From positions 50,254,032 through 50,317,919 of the forward strand of contig JASCQW010000043.1 of assembly GCA_030264375.1 (NCBI GenBank): DNA of 63,888 nucleotides, given 5' to 3'. The position numbers and the translations under genes were made by a program. Source of the stretch: Carcharhinus longimanus (lineage: Eukaryota). This document shows positions 51,865 through 63,888 of the stretch, piece by piece. The notes under the pieces were generated by a model. The model was not told where the DNA came from. It saw only the letters and a program-made list of their open reading frames with translations, and did not search any database. Every line of letters begins with the position of its first letter. The stretch's first letter is position 1.

Positions 51865-52690
51865 CTTCCAGGGCTCATTAGGATACTTATCTGGTTAGCC
51901 CCAGTGAGCAACACACAGCTGCAGTGGTGCCCTGTTTCCTCATGTGGGAGAATCAGATTAATGTCCCTGTTGATTTGGCATCTCAGACACTGAGAGCTAT
52001 GACCTTTTTCTCAATCAGCAAGCTTCCCTCACGCTCAGGATGTTATTGATGACACCCATGTTGCCATAAAAGTTTCAACTCCACAAATTCCACAAGTCCT
52101 TCCACTCTACCAATGTCCGGGTGGATTGTGAGCAGCTGAAAGTCTCCCTTCATTTGTGTGTAAGGATGCCTGACAGCTGACATGACTCCTTCAGTTTCCA
52201 ACTCCCTCAGTTATCGTCGCCATAAATGCAGATCCATGATTGGCTTCTATGGGAAAGAGCTACACCTTAAGAACTTGGACAATGATCCGCTTTAGGAACC
52301 CACTAACAGAGGCAGAGCACAACCACAACAGCTGCCATGCTGTTACCAGGAGTACCATCAGACAGGCAATTAGCATTTAAAAGATTCACGTCAGGCGCCT
52401 TGATTGCTCAAGTAGTGCTCTGCAAGATGCCCCAGCAATGTGGTATTCTGCATGATGTACAAAATCGTTCAGCAGAAGGCAACGGTGCCATGGCCAGGAT
52501 TTCAACCTCTGAGGAGGAGCAAAATGAGGAACTTGAGGAGGCGGAGGAGGTACTTGTCATTTTGGAAGATTCTGGAATGGATGGGGATGAAGAGGCCACA
52601 AATAGCAGAGCTGGGAGGCATGATCATGTAGCTCGGGCTGACTGTGCAGGAGGGGGTCATCACTAGTTGGGCCCTTGTACAAAATCGATT
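51865..52690 (+). mobile_element. PIF/Harbinger DDE transposase relic
   Basis: SFPHAQDVIDDTHVAIK (cf. GFP..G.IDCTHVAI), HSTNVRVDCE, PDS*HDSF, WLL..KSYTL, NPLTEAE..HNSCHAVTR..I, CGILHD, then an acidic tail. Frameshifts and stops throughout. Confidence 0.8.
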
Positions 52691-55600
52691 CTCATTATCT
52701 TCTTCAGTTACACTATTGTTTTTAATCAGTCCCTGGTGATATACTTTCATCTAAGGAACTGTGAACATTGATTCCACAATTATTCAAGGATCTGCCCATA
52801 CCTGACAAGAGAAAGAACACACATCAATGAGTTTGACTCACTCACATTCATACGGCTGAAACCATCACCGTCAAAACCACAGACCTTGTCAAATTGCACA
52901 TATACATGGTAGTGTCATTTACAACCTGGTCCCCTTACCTGAATACCAGTGACTGTATGCTGCCAAATCATCCTAATCAAACCATGTCCAACCTGCTGAT
53001 AGTGACACAACAGAATTCAAACCCCATACATGCTGGTGGGATCATGTGTTATAGCAAAAGTGCAGAAAAAGCATCTTTTGCATTAAGTGGATGGGATAAT
53101 GAGTATGCCACAGTTCATCATTCATCCATATCCTGAGTCATGGCATCTAAATACATGACTGCATAATTTCTGCAGCAGGTATTGGTGATAAGACAATACC
53201 ATTTCCATGGCTGTGCCCTGAGAATCTGCTCCATGCTTTCAGTGGTTCAGTAGAGTACACTTTGATTAAGCAGCAACAATGACAATTATTCCCTTAAGGA
53301 AAGCTCATGATGGACCATCCATTCCATGTTAAGCACCACCTACAACTTTGGCACTCACCTGACTGGACAATGATATCCCTCTAAGGCACAGGGACATCAC
53401 CATTAATCATCAACCTCTCAAATAGGCCTTTCAGAAGGCCGGCTTTTTATCTGCACCTGGGTCACTGAACCCTCTTGCCCCTGACCTTTTGCTACTTCAA
53501 AGGTTGCCCACTCCAATGCCCATTCTAGCTTGCCAACTAATGGTAGGGTATACCATTTGCATTATGCCAGGTATTCATATCTGGGGGTAGTGTTGGGTCT
53601 GGACAGTGGTACAGTGTAGATGGTTAGTGGATAGTCAGGAGGGTGGAGCAGGCAGTTTTGGGGTGGTTATTTTGGAATTACTGAGGTTTAAACTATCCAA
53701 CATTTCCCGGTAATTAACAAGGTTAAGTCACATGGATCTATCTCAAATCATGAAGCTATCTCAAAGTAGGAGACGTTCATGCTAGGTGCCGGGAAACGGA
53801 GGAATTGCCGATTAGAAACTTGAACTTCCTGGGCAATTCCCACGCATGTCCGTCCGTCAGGACATTGGCAGGGTCCTGATCCACATTTTTTGTTGTACAT
53901 CCAGTGTCCGATGATCGGGAAACTGTGAGATTTGGGCCATGAAAGAAAATTGTCATCAGGCTCTGTTAACTTTGGGCAGCACCTTTACATCAAGGCGTTG
54001 TCGGGCTTCCTCTGCATCATCACGCTGTCCTACACCCTCCCCGTCACCCCAAAAATAAACTGGACCCTTTTCAAAGCTGTCAGTGCCTGGGGCTTAGTTG
54101 ATTGGTAACTGTTGCAGAAAATAGACATCCTGATTTTTTTTGTTGCAAGAGATGTTTCAGATAAATATTTTGTTTTTAGTTGATATTTTAACATTTCTGA
54201 CTTCATTTTTTTTATATGGCCAGACCAAATACAGAGCAGCATAATAATAGTTTTTCAGGTTCATTGTATGAACAATGTGTTATACAAATATCATAACGTT
54301 GAATTTCTTCATGAGCTTGTTTATTGTTCTATTTAGTCTGTTCCAAGATTGTATGCTTTAATGTTCACTGTCTCACTCTAAACCATCACCAACAATCAAT
54401 GACCTAACTAATGTCATGAATGAGATTTGCTAATTATTGACTGGAAAATAATGAGAAACTCCTGATGCAACTGAGCAACAACTTAGCCTCAATGCCAACC
54501 TTTACTTGCCTGTTCAGTTTAACGAGAGGGCTTAAAATGAGTCTCCAAACCTGCTCCATTTCCATCAGTTAGGTTAGTTTAAAATTGAGACTTTTGAATC
54601 TGACATGACGCAATTGTTTAAATTTGGTTTTGCGCAAGAAATACTAAAGAGTGAATCTATAGATTCAGACAGGAGGAACAGGAGAATAGTTCTTGTGCAG
54701 CATGGCTGTAAGTGAATGGAATTATGACAAATCCACGAACATAAATCCAGCTGTCCCATTGGGTGCTTATGTGAAAGGCAGGAGGAAACTTCAAACATTT
54801 ATAGTGCTTCTCTTAAAAGTCATTCTTGATTAAATAGAAAGTATTTCATGAGGAATCATGATGTGCCATTTGTATAATGGGTGAGGTGACCCAATAATTC
54901 TTGAGTAGTAATAGTTTTCCACCAGAAATAGCTTCATTTATATTTATTGAGATTTATGATCAGTCTCTAGCCATCATTTCAGATTTTCCAATATCTTTAT
55001 GCTTGATTTTCACAGAGACTCCGAGGAGAAAAGGAGCAGAGAGACATCATACCTGTTTCCGTTCCTTATGAAAACCATGTTCGAGTCCACGAAAATTAAC
55101 TTTTTACTATCCTGATTTTTATTTCCATTGAAGTCAATGGAGCATTTTCACCAAGGCTCCATATCATTTTAGCAGCTAATCAATAAGGAGTAATGAAGGA
55201 AGTAAAGTACACACAATGAAAGTGAGTGTTGTGATTACATGCCCAATGACAGTGGTTATCATTCAGTATTAATTCCTAATCAAAAATACAATCAACTGTG
55301 TCTGGATTCTCCATTAGAACATGTGGCTAGTGGATTATTTTATGGACAACAGTACAGTACTGTACGTGAAAGACTGTTTCAATTTTTGATGATTTTGTGG
55401 GTGACTAATTATTTTGGCTTCTGTCCTAAAATGACTTACCATTTGTTGTAACCTATGTCCCCTTATTTTTCTATCCTGGCATACCTTGAAATAAGATTTA
55501 GTGCAGCACAATGTCTCAAAACCGACAACGTTGAGATGGAGTCAATGCCAGATTTCATAGCTTGCCGGTTTTCAGCTCAGGTAGCCTGGGTTGGGTCAGG

Positions 55601-56877
55601 TGGTTCAGACTAGGTCAGGTTGGACAGGGCCAAGCGTTGCTTGACCATTCAGAAAAAAGATCTGCATGTGAAGCTAGTAACTTAGTCCAGTATGCTAACA
55701 TGCCAATGCAGCAAACAAGCCAGTATATTGTTTAACTCATTTAATAGGGACTAAAATTTTTCCATGGCAGCTTATAAAAATGTCTGGTTGCAGACATCAC
55801 GGTTTTTTGGATAGCTAGATTTGAATTGTACCTGTACGTCATATATAATTTATTATTCTAAAGATGGTAAAAGAGCCCTAGTTTTTCCAGACTTTGTAAG
55901 TTAATTCTTTAACACTGGGCACCAGCCTTTGTCTCTTCGCTATTATGCGCCTCTTAGATGAAATATTTTGTCATTCCTTGCAGATTGAAAGCAGAATCCC
56001 CGAAGTGTGTTCGGCCTCAGGAACTGGACCGTTTCAGAATGAATTTGGTAGAAATTTGATTTAAGTATTTACTTGTTTATTGCAGCTTAACAGTGGTTAG
56101 ATGGGATCAAACTTTACTGCTTTTCTTCAGTGCCTGGTGCAGAGCTCTACATGCTGTGAATGTGTATCAGGAAATTAGATGCAGTTCTCTGTGTATGAGT
56201 CTCTGTGCTGCAAACACAAAGAGTGTTAAAAAGCAAACTTGTTAAGTATTAAATCTGAGATCACCCTGAATCACTTTCCACTTCACCTTTAACTATTTAC
56301 TTGTAATATTTTCTTTTTTCTGTCAGGTTCATTGACTGCTTTCTCTATTTAGTGTCATTTGTAAATTAGGTGACTGAATCAGTAATTTTAACCTAATCTG
56401 TCTGACTGCTCATTTTATATTCTGCCTAAGTTTATTTTTCAGTGATATGAAGGAGCAGTAAAATTAGAAGTGGGGTGAAACAGATGGCCATTCAGTTAGG
56501 TTACCTCTGAATAGATGAGGTTAAGATTGCCCTCAAATCAATAAGATAGCAGTAGGTGCAGAATTCCAGGGACACCACGCTTCTTGCTTACCCTCCCCCT
56601 CAGCTGCCCATCATCTCCCACCCTGCCATCATTCAGTACGAATTGCTTTCTTCAGCTAATCCCTAATGTTGGCCAGGTTTATCTTACTCCCACTATCTCT
56701 CAGCTTCAATAGCGAGGAGCTTCATCAAAAGGAGCTTCTCTCACTTTTTCTTCAAGAAAATAACCATTATTCTAACTGGGCTCTTTTCAATTTCTCAGAA
56801 TTTTTATCCCGTTTCAGTCCACGTTTGCAAATTTTTTTTGTTCACAAGATATAAGTTTTCACCAGAATTACATTAGC

Positions 56878-56896
56878 TGCAACACTAGGGGGCAGC
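56878..56896 (+). promoter_or_regulatory. CTCF-like motif
   Basis: tgcAACACTAGGGGGCAGC compared with the core CCAC(C/T)AGGGGGC(G/A). Confidence 0.5.
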
Positions 56897-58174
56897 CAGC
56901 TACAGTAAATCAGGTCTTGCTGCCTTTTAAGCTCATGCTTGGGGCAGTAAATCTTATTTTATTGTTTGAGTTATATAGAGTTACAATCCCAAAAGCAGCA
57001 GCAAACAATCCTGCAGCCATTTTAAAGATTTTATCTTTTCTATACTCAATAAAGTGGAAAATTCAACTTTATAACACTTTAAAGTAATCCTTTGATTATT
57101 TTTGTTGCGAAAATTAGACATTTTGTTACATTTATTTACTTGATCTTGACAGCGATGTGGAGTTTCATGAGCTTTGTATATACTTTGATTCTGTGAAATC
57201 ATTGTAAAAAATCACTAGGCACCATTGGACAACTGTAATGAATAAAACAAAGGGAGGACACTTTGACTCCTGAAAATTCTTTGATTCTTATTCATTGCAC
57301 ACTGTCCTCTAGTGGAAACTAGCAGATTTCAATAATTTTGCATGGTACTGCTCATAATGCTTTGTGATCAATTGTAAATCAACAACACTCTCAAGTTAGT
57401 GTTATGTGATCTGTATAAAAGGCAAAACAATAAAATCACTAGTTGCATATGGATCATTTTTATATAGTACTATGGATGAGCTAATTGAATGTTATCTGTA
57501 AAACGAAGATGCACTGTAACATCACTACACTTGACACCTGACCTCACCTCATTGCTCCCGAAATGGAGTTGCATCAGAGTAAAATTATGTTTATATTAAA
57601 TTCAAGCATGTTTTATTTGTTTTCTCAAATTACATTTCAGCAAAATAATCAAAGGAGTAAGTGATATAACTGCAAAATTGTAGAATAGGCTAAGCAATAA
57701 ATACATTAATAAACAATTTTGCATTCATGAGAAAAATGGAATCCATCATCTTATCACTTCAATGTTGACATTATTGGATTTGTACAGCAGGAATGAAGTG
57801 ATTGGGATTGCATGCTTCACAAATTCAGTTAATCACCAACATAGCACCAATAATTATTTTAGTTCCATCCTGATCCTCAGGCTGGAATTTTCCGGCCTCA
57901 CCATGGGAGATCCTGCATTGGCGGATACAACGAGCCTTTTAAGCATCCATTGACTTAGGCAGCACTGGAATGCCCTGTCAATGGGAGAGGCCATAAAATT
58001 CTGGAAACCCTTGTGTGTCTCAGCTATTCCTCACTCTTCTGCTCCCTTATGCTCTGCAAATAACCTGACGTCACATTCTCACTAGCATTAGCTAATTCCC
58101 CCAGGTTAAAAATATCTGATTTAGTGTATGGGAGTTAAAACCAAGTGGTGCAGCAGGTATGGTCAAAAATGTAG

Positions 58175-59015
58175 GTTGTAACTTTCCCTGCTACCCTGGT
58201 CAGGTAGTGTAGCAGGGTGGGAAATGTAATTGGGAGGCTAAAAATCTAATTCTCGCCTGGCCGTCAGCCAGCAGGTTGCAATTTTCCTGGGCCTTTTATC
58301 ATGTAATCAGTCTTGTGCCAGGGAATGGTGCAAGGCTGATTTAAATAATCATACATTCATTTAAATCCTTTCAGCAAGCTCCGGACCCTGGTAGTGCCAG
58401 CCTGGCACCTGGCACTGTCCTCTGGGCAATCTGGCACTACCAGACTGGCACACTGGTAGTGCTCATTGGGCACAAAGCAGTGCCAAGAGAGTGGTGTTAA
58501 GAGGTGGTGCTTCACGGGGTAGAGCTATATGGCACAGAGCCAGATGGAGGAAGGTAGGAGAGGAGGGAAGAGGAGACTTAGCATCAGGAGGGTGGGGGCC
58601 AGTTGTGGGGCCTGGATCATGGGTTGGGGCCTGCCATTGTGGGTTGCAGCTGGCCATTGGGGGTCAGAGCCTGACAGGCGGTTGGGAAGGTCAGGGTTGG
58701 TGATGTCTGGTGGGGGGTGAAGGGGGTTAGGGTTGACGATAGGGAGACTGGCGATCGGGGAGAGTTGGGGGGGATGTCAGCAGTATACTGGGAGACTGGC
58801 GCATGCCAAGTGGTCCCTGAGCAGTTTGCTGCCATCCACGCCAATGAGTTTAGGTTCCCCCCCCCCCCACCGCCGGTGTGAATCATCTGACAGCCTCTGT
58901 ATTGCACAGAGTGCCATAAAGTCATGAGCCTCGGCTCACCCAAAAAATGGGTGGGTAAACCTCCTCTTTTCCCGCCCATTGGTCACTTTGAGATTTGTTC
59001 TGGGAAAATCGTCCC
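58175..59015. mobile_element. MITE-like element related to 46354-47520
   Basis: ctggcacctggcactg repeats, G-rich interior, right end gggaaaatcgtccc resembling the TIR. Confidence 0.55.
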
Positions 59016-62000
59016 TACCGTGGTCCAGGAATTCATGGGTGTGCAAGAGATTAACATCCCCTTCCTCTTCCCTTTTTCTTCATCTTCCTTGCCTTTCTCA
59101 TCCACAAGTTCGATTCATTATCATTTCTTCCTCTTCCAGTATTTCACCCTCCCCAAACACCAGACCCCCCCGCAACTGCCCACCCCCACCTCCCCCACCA
59201 CCCCACCCCCCCCCCCGCCCCAAAACCTGCCCTCAGTGCTGTATGGATATATAAGGAAGGAGGCGGAGACTAAGAACAGTTTAGTTTTACTCCCTTGAGA
59301 TTAAGGAGATAGAAAAGCTAGTTGATACGTGTGGCTGGCTTCACCAGGATGTTGTGATGACTATTTAGATGTGCCATCATTAGCTTGGCATTAGGTACTG
59401 TGTTTTAGAATTCACTATGTTCTTACAGCAAGAGCACACTATCTCAGCATGAGCTTCATGCCCTAGTCTTTATAGGAGGGGCCTCTTGTGTATGTCCCCT
59501 CTGGTGACCTACATTGAGTATGGGCCCTATAGACTGAAGTGAATCCATCCCATGTAAAACTCTGTTAAAATAGTGATTGAAGTTTTAATAATGTGCATGG
59601 AAGCAATTGATATTCCGTACGATCCTGGTAGTAACCCCTTAACTACTGTGGTGTGTGAAAAATTAGTTATACAGCTCTTAATTTTCAAGTATGGAGCATG
59701 CTTAGAGTTGTTGGTTTGTTTAGCTTTCCTGCCCTGGTCAGATCATAGAACTATTTATAGCACTGGGTTGCAGTTCTGGTGGTGAAAGGTTGTCTGGGTC
59801 AGTGTCACCTCTCGCCACATGATACAAAAAGCCAATTTTTGCAGGTGGTCTTATGTGGAGATCAGCTATCTTTACCCCCTCTGCTTTATTTCACCAAGGG
59901 AACTTTGTTATTTGAACTTTCAGACACATTTTTCTGCCATCATGTCATATCTTTGTCCTTTCCTTTACTACCTCTGTCAGATGTTCCAGTGGTAAATGTT
60001 CTTGTAAATTAGTGCAAAACACTTAGAAAGCATGAAATCAAGGTACTTGAGAATGAAATAATAAAGCCAAACATTTGGCAACTTCTGTGGTTTTTCTTCT
60101 TGCTGGCACTGCCGTCTTCAGCCAGAGCCCTAATTGTAAAAGCTACACTCTAATTCCAAGAAACCCAAAGCATTAATGACATTTTACACAAAATTGATGC
60201 CAATGACCCCTCCAAATACCATTCAAATGAACTGATCCACAAAAGAGCTCTAGAGATAAATCGCTTATCTCACATTGAATCTTACTGTGAGAAAACTTAG
60301 GGCACAAAAATAGCCCCTTTTAATACAAAAATTAACTGCCTGTGAATTACTTATTGCAGTTAATAATGATTTGTCTATGCTTTCTTTGTTCTGCTTTTCA
60401 TTATTTGACTTGGGGGAGGAGTCTGCAGCAGGTAAGTCGATGCATGCTCCCGCAATAGATAGACTTGCTTTCAATCATTTAAAAACAATACTCAAGATGA
60501 ATCTGAAAGGAAATCTGGGATGCTTACACAGCCTGACACATGTATACCAGGGAGCTTTAACCCGCTACTCAAGATGAGAATCTTCATTTAGGATAGGATA
60601 CAATAGCTGTGGGAAGCTTCATGAACTCAAGTTCCAGTTTGGTGAAAAGCCAGACAGGCCATGAGAAAAAAACAATATTGAAGGGCAGCTGTATGGCTAA
60701 GTTTAATGACTTAATTGTGGTTTTTTATAATGTACATGTTCATTATGTTCCAAGCCTTATTTCAATATTATTGTTCAAGTTGTTCACAAACAAAGATGGC
60801 AGCAGAAAAGATCTGCAGAGAATTTGCTAGTTTAACAGTTTGATGAGTTTGCCTTCTCCTTACTGCACTTTCAATTCACAGCTCTTGACTGACTGGATAT
60901 TGATAGGGATTGATATGAACCCATACTAGTTCTATGGATAGGAGGTTTGGCCTGAAATGGTTGCAGATAAAACTGAGAAGGTTAGTTATTTGCTTGGTGC
61001 TGCCAATTTCTTTCAACATCTGTGATCTTAGCCTGCAGGGTTCTGCAGTCAGCTCAGTCGCTTGCAATAAATAATCAGTTCCGGATTTCATGAAGTTTTG
61101 AAAATTGGGGTCCTATTCCATCAATCATACCTGTGCCACATGGGAGTAGGTTAACAGCTGTCAGGATATGTGAAAGGGCTAAAAATGTGAGTCAGAAACT
61201 TTCCCTTTCATGGCTNNNNNNNNNNNNNNNNNNNNNNNNNNNNNNNNNNNNNNNNNNNNNNNNNNNNNNNNNNNNNNNNNNNNNNNNNNNNNNNNNNNNN
61301 NNNNNNNNNNNNNNNAACTTTCCCTTTCATGGCTTGGAGGGTTCAGAGAGCTGCTTCAAGCTCCAGAAGGAAAATTGCAGCTTCCTCGGAAGCAGATTCC
61401 ACCCTCTCCTTCCCTCTTGCCAGAACCTTTCCTGCCACTGACCTGATCTTTGAGGAGTCACTTTGTTTGCTCTGTTGGGAAGTGGAATAGTGGCATTTAA
61501 ACGAGGCCCAGTTGTTGAAATTGCCGATGGCTTCCTAATATTGCTGGTGGCCATGACATTAACTGGTCAGAGTGGTCAGCTGATCTTTGATATTTATTCT
61601 TACAGGTCCCCCAGCTATTTAGTTGTGATAATGACTCGAGTTATTCACTGGCAAGGTTGACACACGTCTTACATGTGATGTTTACAAGTGTGAAGAATTT
61701 ATGTTAGCTTCAAGACCTTTACATGCACTTTGAAACTTCTAAGTGTTTTATCTGGATCTGTCTGTATGTTCAGCTGACCTTCATCTTAGCCATAAAATAT
61801 TTCAGCCAGTAAAGAGAAGAACCACGGTCACATTGTGCAAACAATGTAGTTTACACATTTTTAATCACATTTTCTCTATTATACATGTTATTTTGCATAC
61901 CTTCTTAAATATATTAAAAGTATTGGTGCTAAGTTGAACTGACATCAGTTTACTGGCATGAGGATTGTAGGCTGGGACTGAAATATTTAAAGTCTTGAAT

Positions 62001-62287
62001 GTCCACAAGGACTCTGCCCCGCAGCTCTCTGTGGCAATCCCTGCCTGTATATGAGTCTTCAAATGCCATATTGCACTAACTGCATACCCAACCTCACACA
62101 CTGCAGACTGCACACAGCCCTAGCACTCACCTATCAATCAACTGTGACTTATACCTGACATTCATAGCTTCACCTAACTCTTGCGCACTTAACATTGCTG
62201 CAAATCTTACACCCACGTCCCACAGCTTGCTATTTATTCAATCATGACAATAACATTACCCATACTGACAAATTTCCCTATTTCATG

Positions 62288-62430
62288 CAGGCCAAAATAG
62301 TGAATAACTGAAGGCAGCAGGAATAAACCAGCGGGGAAAAGTTCTGAGGCACGTCCCTAAGCCAAGGAGGAGGCACTGCTTGTCAGTATTGGAGACGAAC
62401 AATGGTGTTGAAATCATGCAAGATGAAGGT
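62288..62430 (+). mobile_element. Possible Harbinger Myb/SANT-partner gene relic
   Basis: After tttcatgcag: AKIVNN*RQQE*TSG…EE, resembling K.AHN.RE...TGGG as recalled. Bounded by an aaggtatg donor-like site. Confidence 0.3.
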
Positions 62431-62484
62431 ATGTTCATATTTAATCTTCCTTCTTACTCCTTCTTCACCACGCAATTCCCTCTT

Positions 62485-62695
62485 AAGAGGTTTGATAGGG
62501 TGGATGCTGTGAGATTGTTTCTATTCAGGCTGGCATAGATGGATTTTGGCCTCTCTGGGAATTAAGGGATCTGGAGAGCCGATAGGAAAATGGAGTTGTA
62601 GCTCAGGATCAGCCATGATCATACTGAGTGGCAGAGCAGGTGTGATGGCTGTGTGATCTCCTTCCCTTCCTATTTCTTAGGTTTTTATGTTCTTC
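62485..62695 (+). mobile_element. CR1 3' fragment
   Basis: gataggg tggatgct..ttgtttc, gatcagccatgatc…ggcagagcagg…cctatttcttaggtttttatgttctt tail. Confidence 0.7.
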
Positions 62696-62989
62696 TGCTG
62701 TTGGCTAAGATATTGCATACAGAAGCAGTCGTATCTAGATGGAAATAGTTTGTTCAGAATCCTTGAGATGAGGACAAATTCTTTCAGCATATGCCACACC
62801 AGTCCCTATTGATGACAGCAACTTTACACCATTATGAAAATCATCAAACTCTTTTACAATTGCAATAACAGTCAGTAAAATTAAAAAGTATTGGACCTGA
62901 AAGTAGTTGAGAATCCTTTAAATCAAGCAGGTGGGGAGCCCTTCTTGCTGTCAAATGTATTATTCACGTATAATAGTCAATGTGATTCT

Positions 62990-63812
62990 GGATCAGGTGA
63001 TGTGTTGTTCATGCATGATGTGGGAGCTGGTGGACCCCACTGTAGTTCTCAGTGAGCACGTCTGTAATAAGTGTTGGTTGCTTGAGTAACTCAAGCTCAG
63101 AGTGGATGAGCTGAATTCTGAGCTTCAAATTTGCAACATATCAGGGAGGGATAGAGATACTTGGACATTGTGTTCCAAGAGGCAGTCACATCCCTTAGAT
63201 TAAGTATCTTGAATTTAGCCAGTGGTCATGGACAGGAGGGTGTGGCTATGAGTGAGGCAGATAGAGGGATCCAGGAAATAGAGGTGCATGAGCCTCAGTC
63301 CCTGAACTTGTCCAACAGGTTTGGGATTCTTGCTCCCTGTATGGGTGGTTTCGGATACTGCAAGGAAGATGAGCAAATTGACCATGGCACTGTGGTACAG
63401 GGAGCCATTCAGGTGGGGAGAGAAAAAAGAAATGTAGTTGTAATTGGGGGATAATATAGATAGGGGCATTGACATTGCTCCCTGTGACCAGGATTGAGAA
63501 TCCCGAAGGTTGTGCTGCCTGCCTAGTGCTCGGGTTCAGGATATCTCATCTGGGCTGCAGCTGAACTTGGAGCAGGAGGATAAAGATCTAGCTGTCATGG
63601 TCCACGCAGGTACCAAAGACATAGATAAAACAGGAACAAAGGTTCTGCTAAAGGAGTATGAACAGCTAGGGGCTAAATTAAAAAGCAGAACCAAAAAGAG
63701 AATAATCTCTGGATTACTACTTGAGCCATAAGCTAATTGGCACAGGGTCAATAATTTTAAGGAGGTAAATGCATGGCTCAAAGATTGGTATGGGAGGAAT
63801 AGCTTTGAATTC
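62990..63812 (+). mobile_element. CR1 ORF1 relic (Cys-rich N-terminus + SGNH esterase-like domain)
   Basis: CCSCMMWE…HVCNKC, LSNRF, NVVVIG, CCLPSARVQD, VMVHAGTKDI, LKSRTKKRIISGLL. Contains stops and frameshifts. Confidence 0.8.
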
Positions 63813-63888
63813 AAAGAACAAAGAGAACAAAGAACAACACAGCACGGGAAACAGGCCCTTCGGCCCAACGAGCCCGCGCCGCCGTCCC
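63813..63888 (-). mobile_element. CR1/HE1-type 3' tail (young copy, runs off the window)
   Basis: (aaagaac)n followed by acagcacgggaaacaggcccttcggccc with CpGs intact. Confidence 0.7.

Noticed and set aside
52337-52666. Acidic 109-aa ORF
   Set aside because: It is the frameshifted C-terminal tail of the Harbinger transposase relic, not an independent gene.
35050-63888. A second host gene or a novel multi-gene system upstream of NUDT12
   Set aside because: All ORFs are short, repeat-derived or lack recognisable domains and consistent splice phases. Small exons or lncRNAs cannot be excluded without expression data.

Overview
Eukaryotic (vertebrate) draft-assembly DNA with many N gaps. The repeat content (HE1/V-SINE-like SINEs, CR1, Rex1/Babar, L1, Penelope-like and Harbinger-like elements) points to a shark or other cartilaginous fish. 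The only supportable protein-coding gene is NUDT12 (NAD-cap/NADH Nudix pyrophosphatase) on the minus strand. It has six coding exons with GT-AG junctions in compatible phases (30471-30676, 28813-29414, 21106-21273, 17927-18040, 10403-10602, 5218-5328; 1401 nt, 466 aa). The protein carries ankyrin repeats, a four-Cys zinc site, a Nudix box, the SQPWP motif and a C-terminal -ANL. A likely CpG-enriched promoter with a ZNF143/THAP11-type motif and a CCAAT box lies at about 34.2-34.7 kb. From 35 kb to the end the window is intergenic and mostly decayed transposons. I found no new multi-gene system. The best leads are: a Gly-to-Ala change in the Nudix box; the ANL peroxisomal signal; a palindromic Penelope-type insertion with hammerhead-ribozyme cores near the last exon; a SINE family with two alternative 3' tails; a 135-bp templated local duplication; a possible overlapping upstream ORF; and a convergent pair of CTCF-like sites. 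Repeat family names come from motif recall, not database searches, and their boundaries are approximate.
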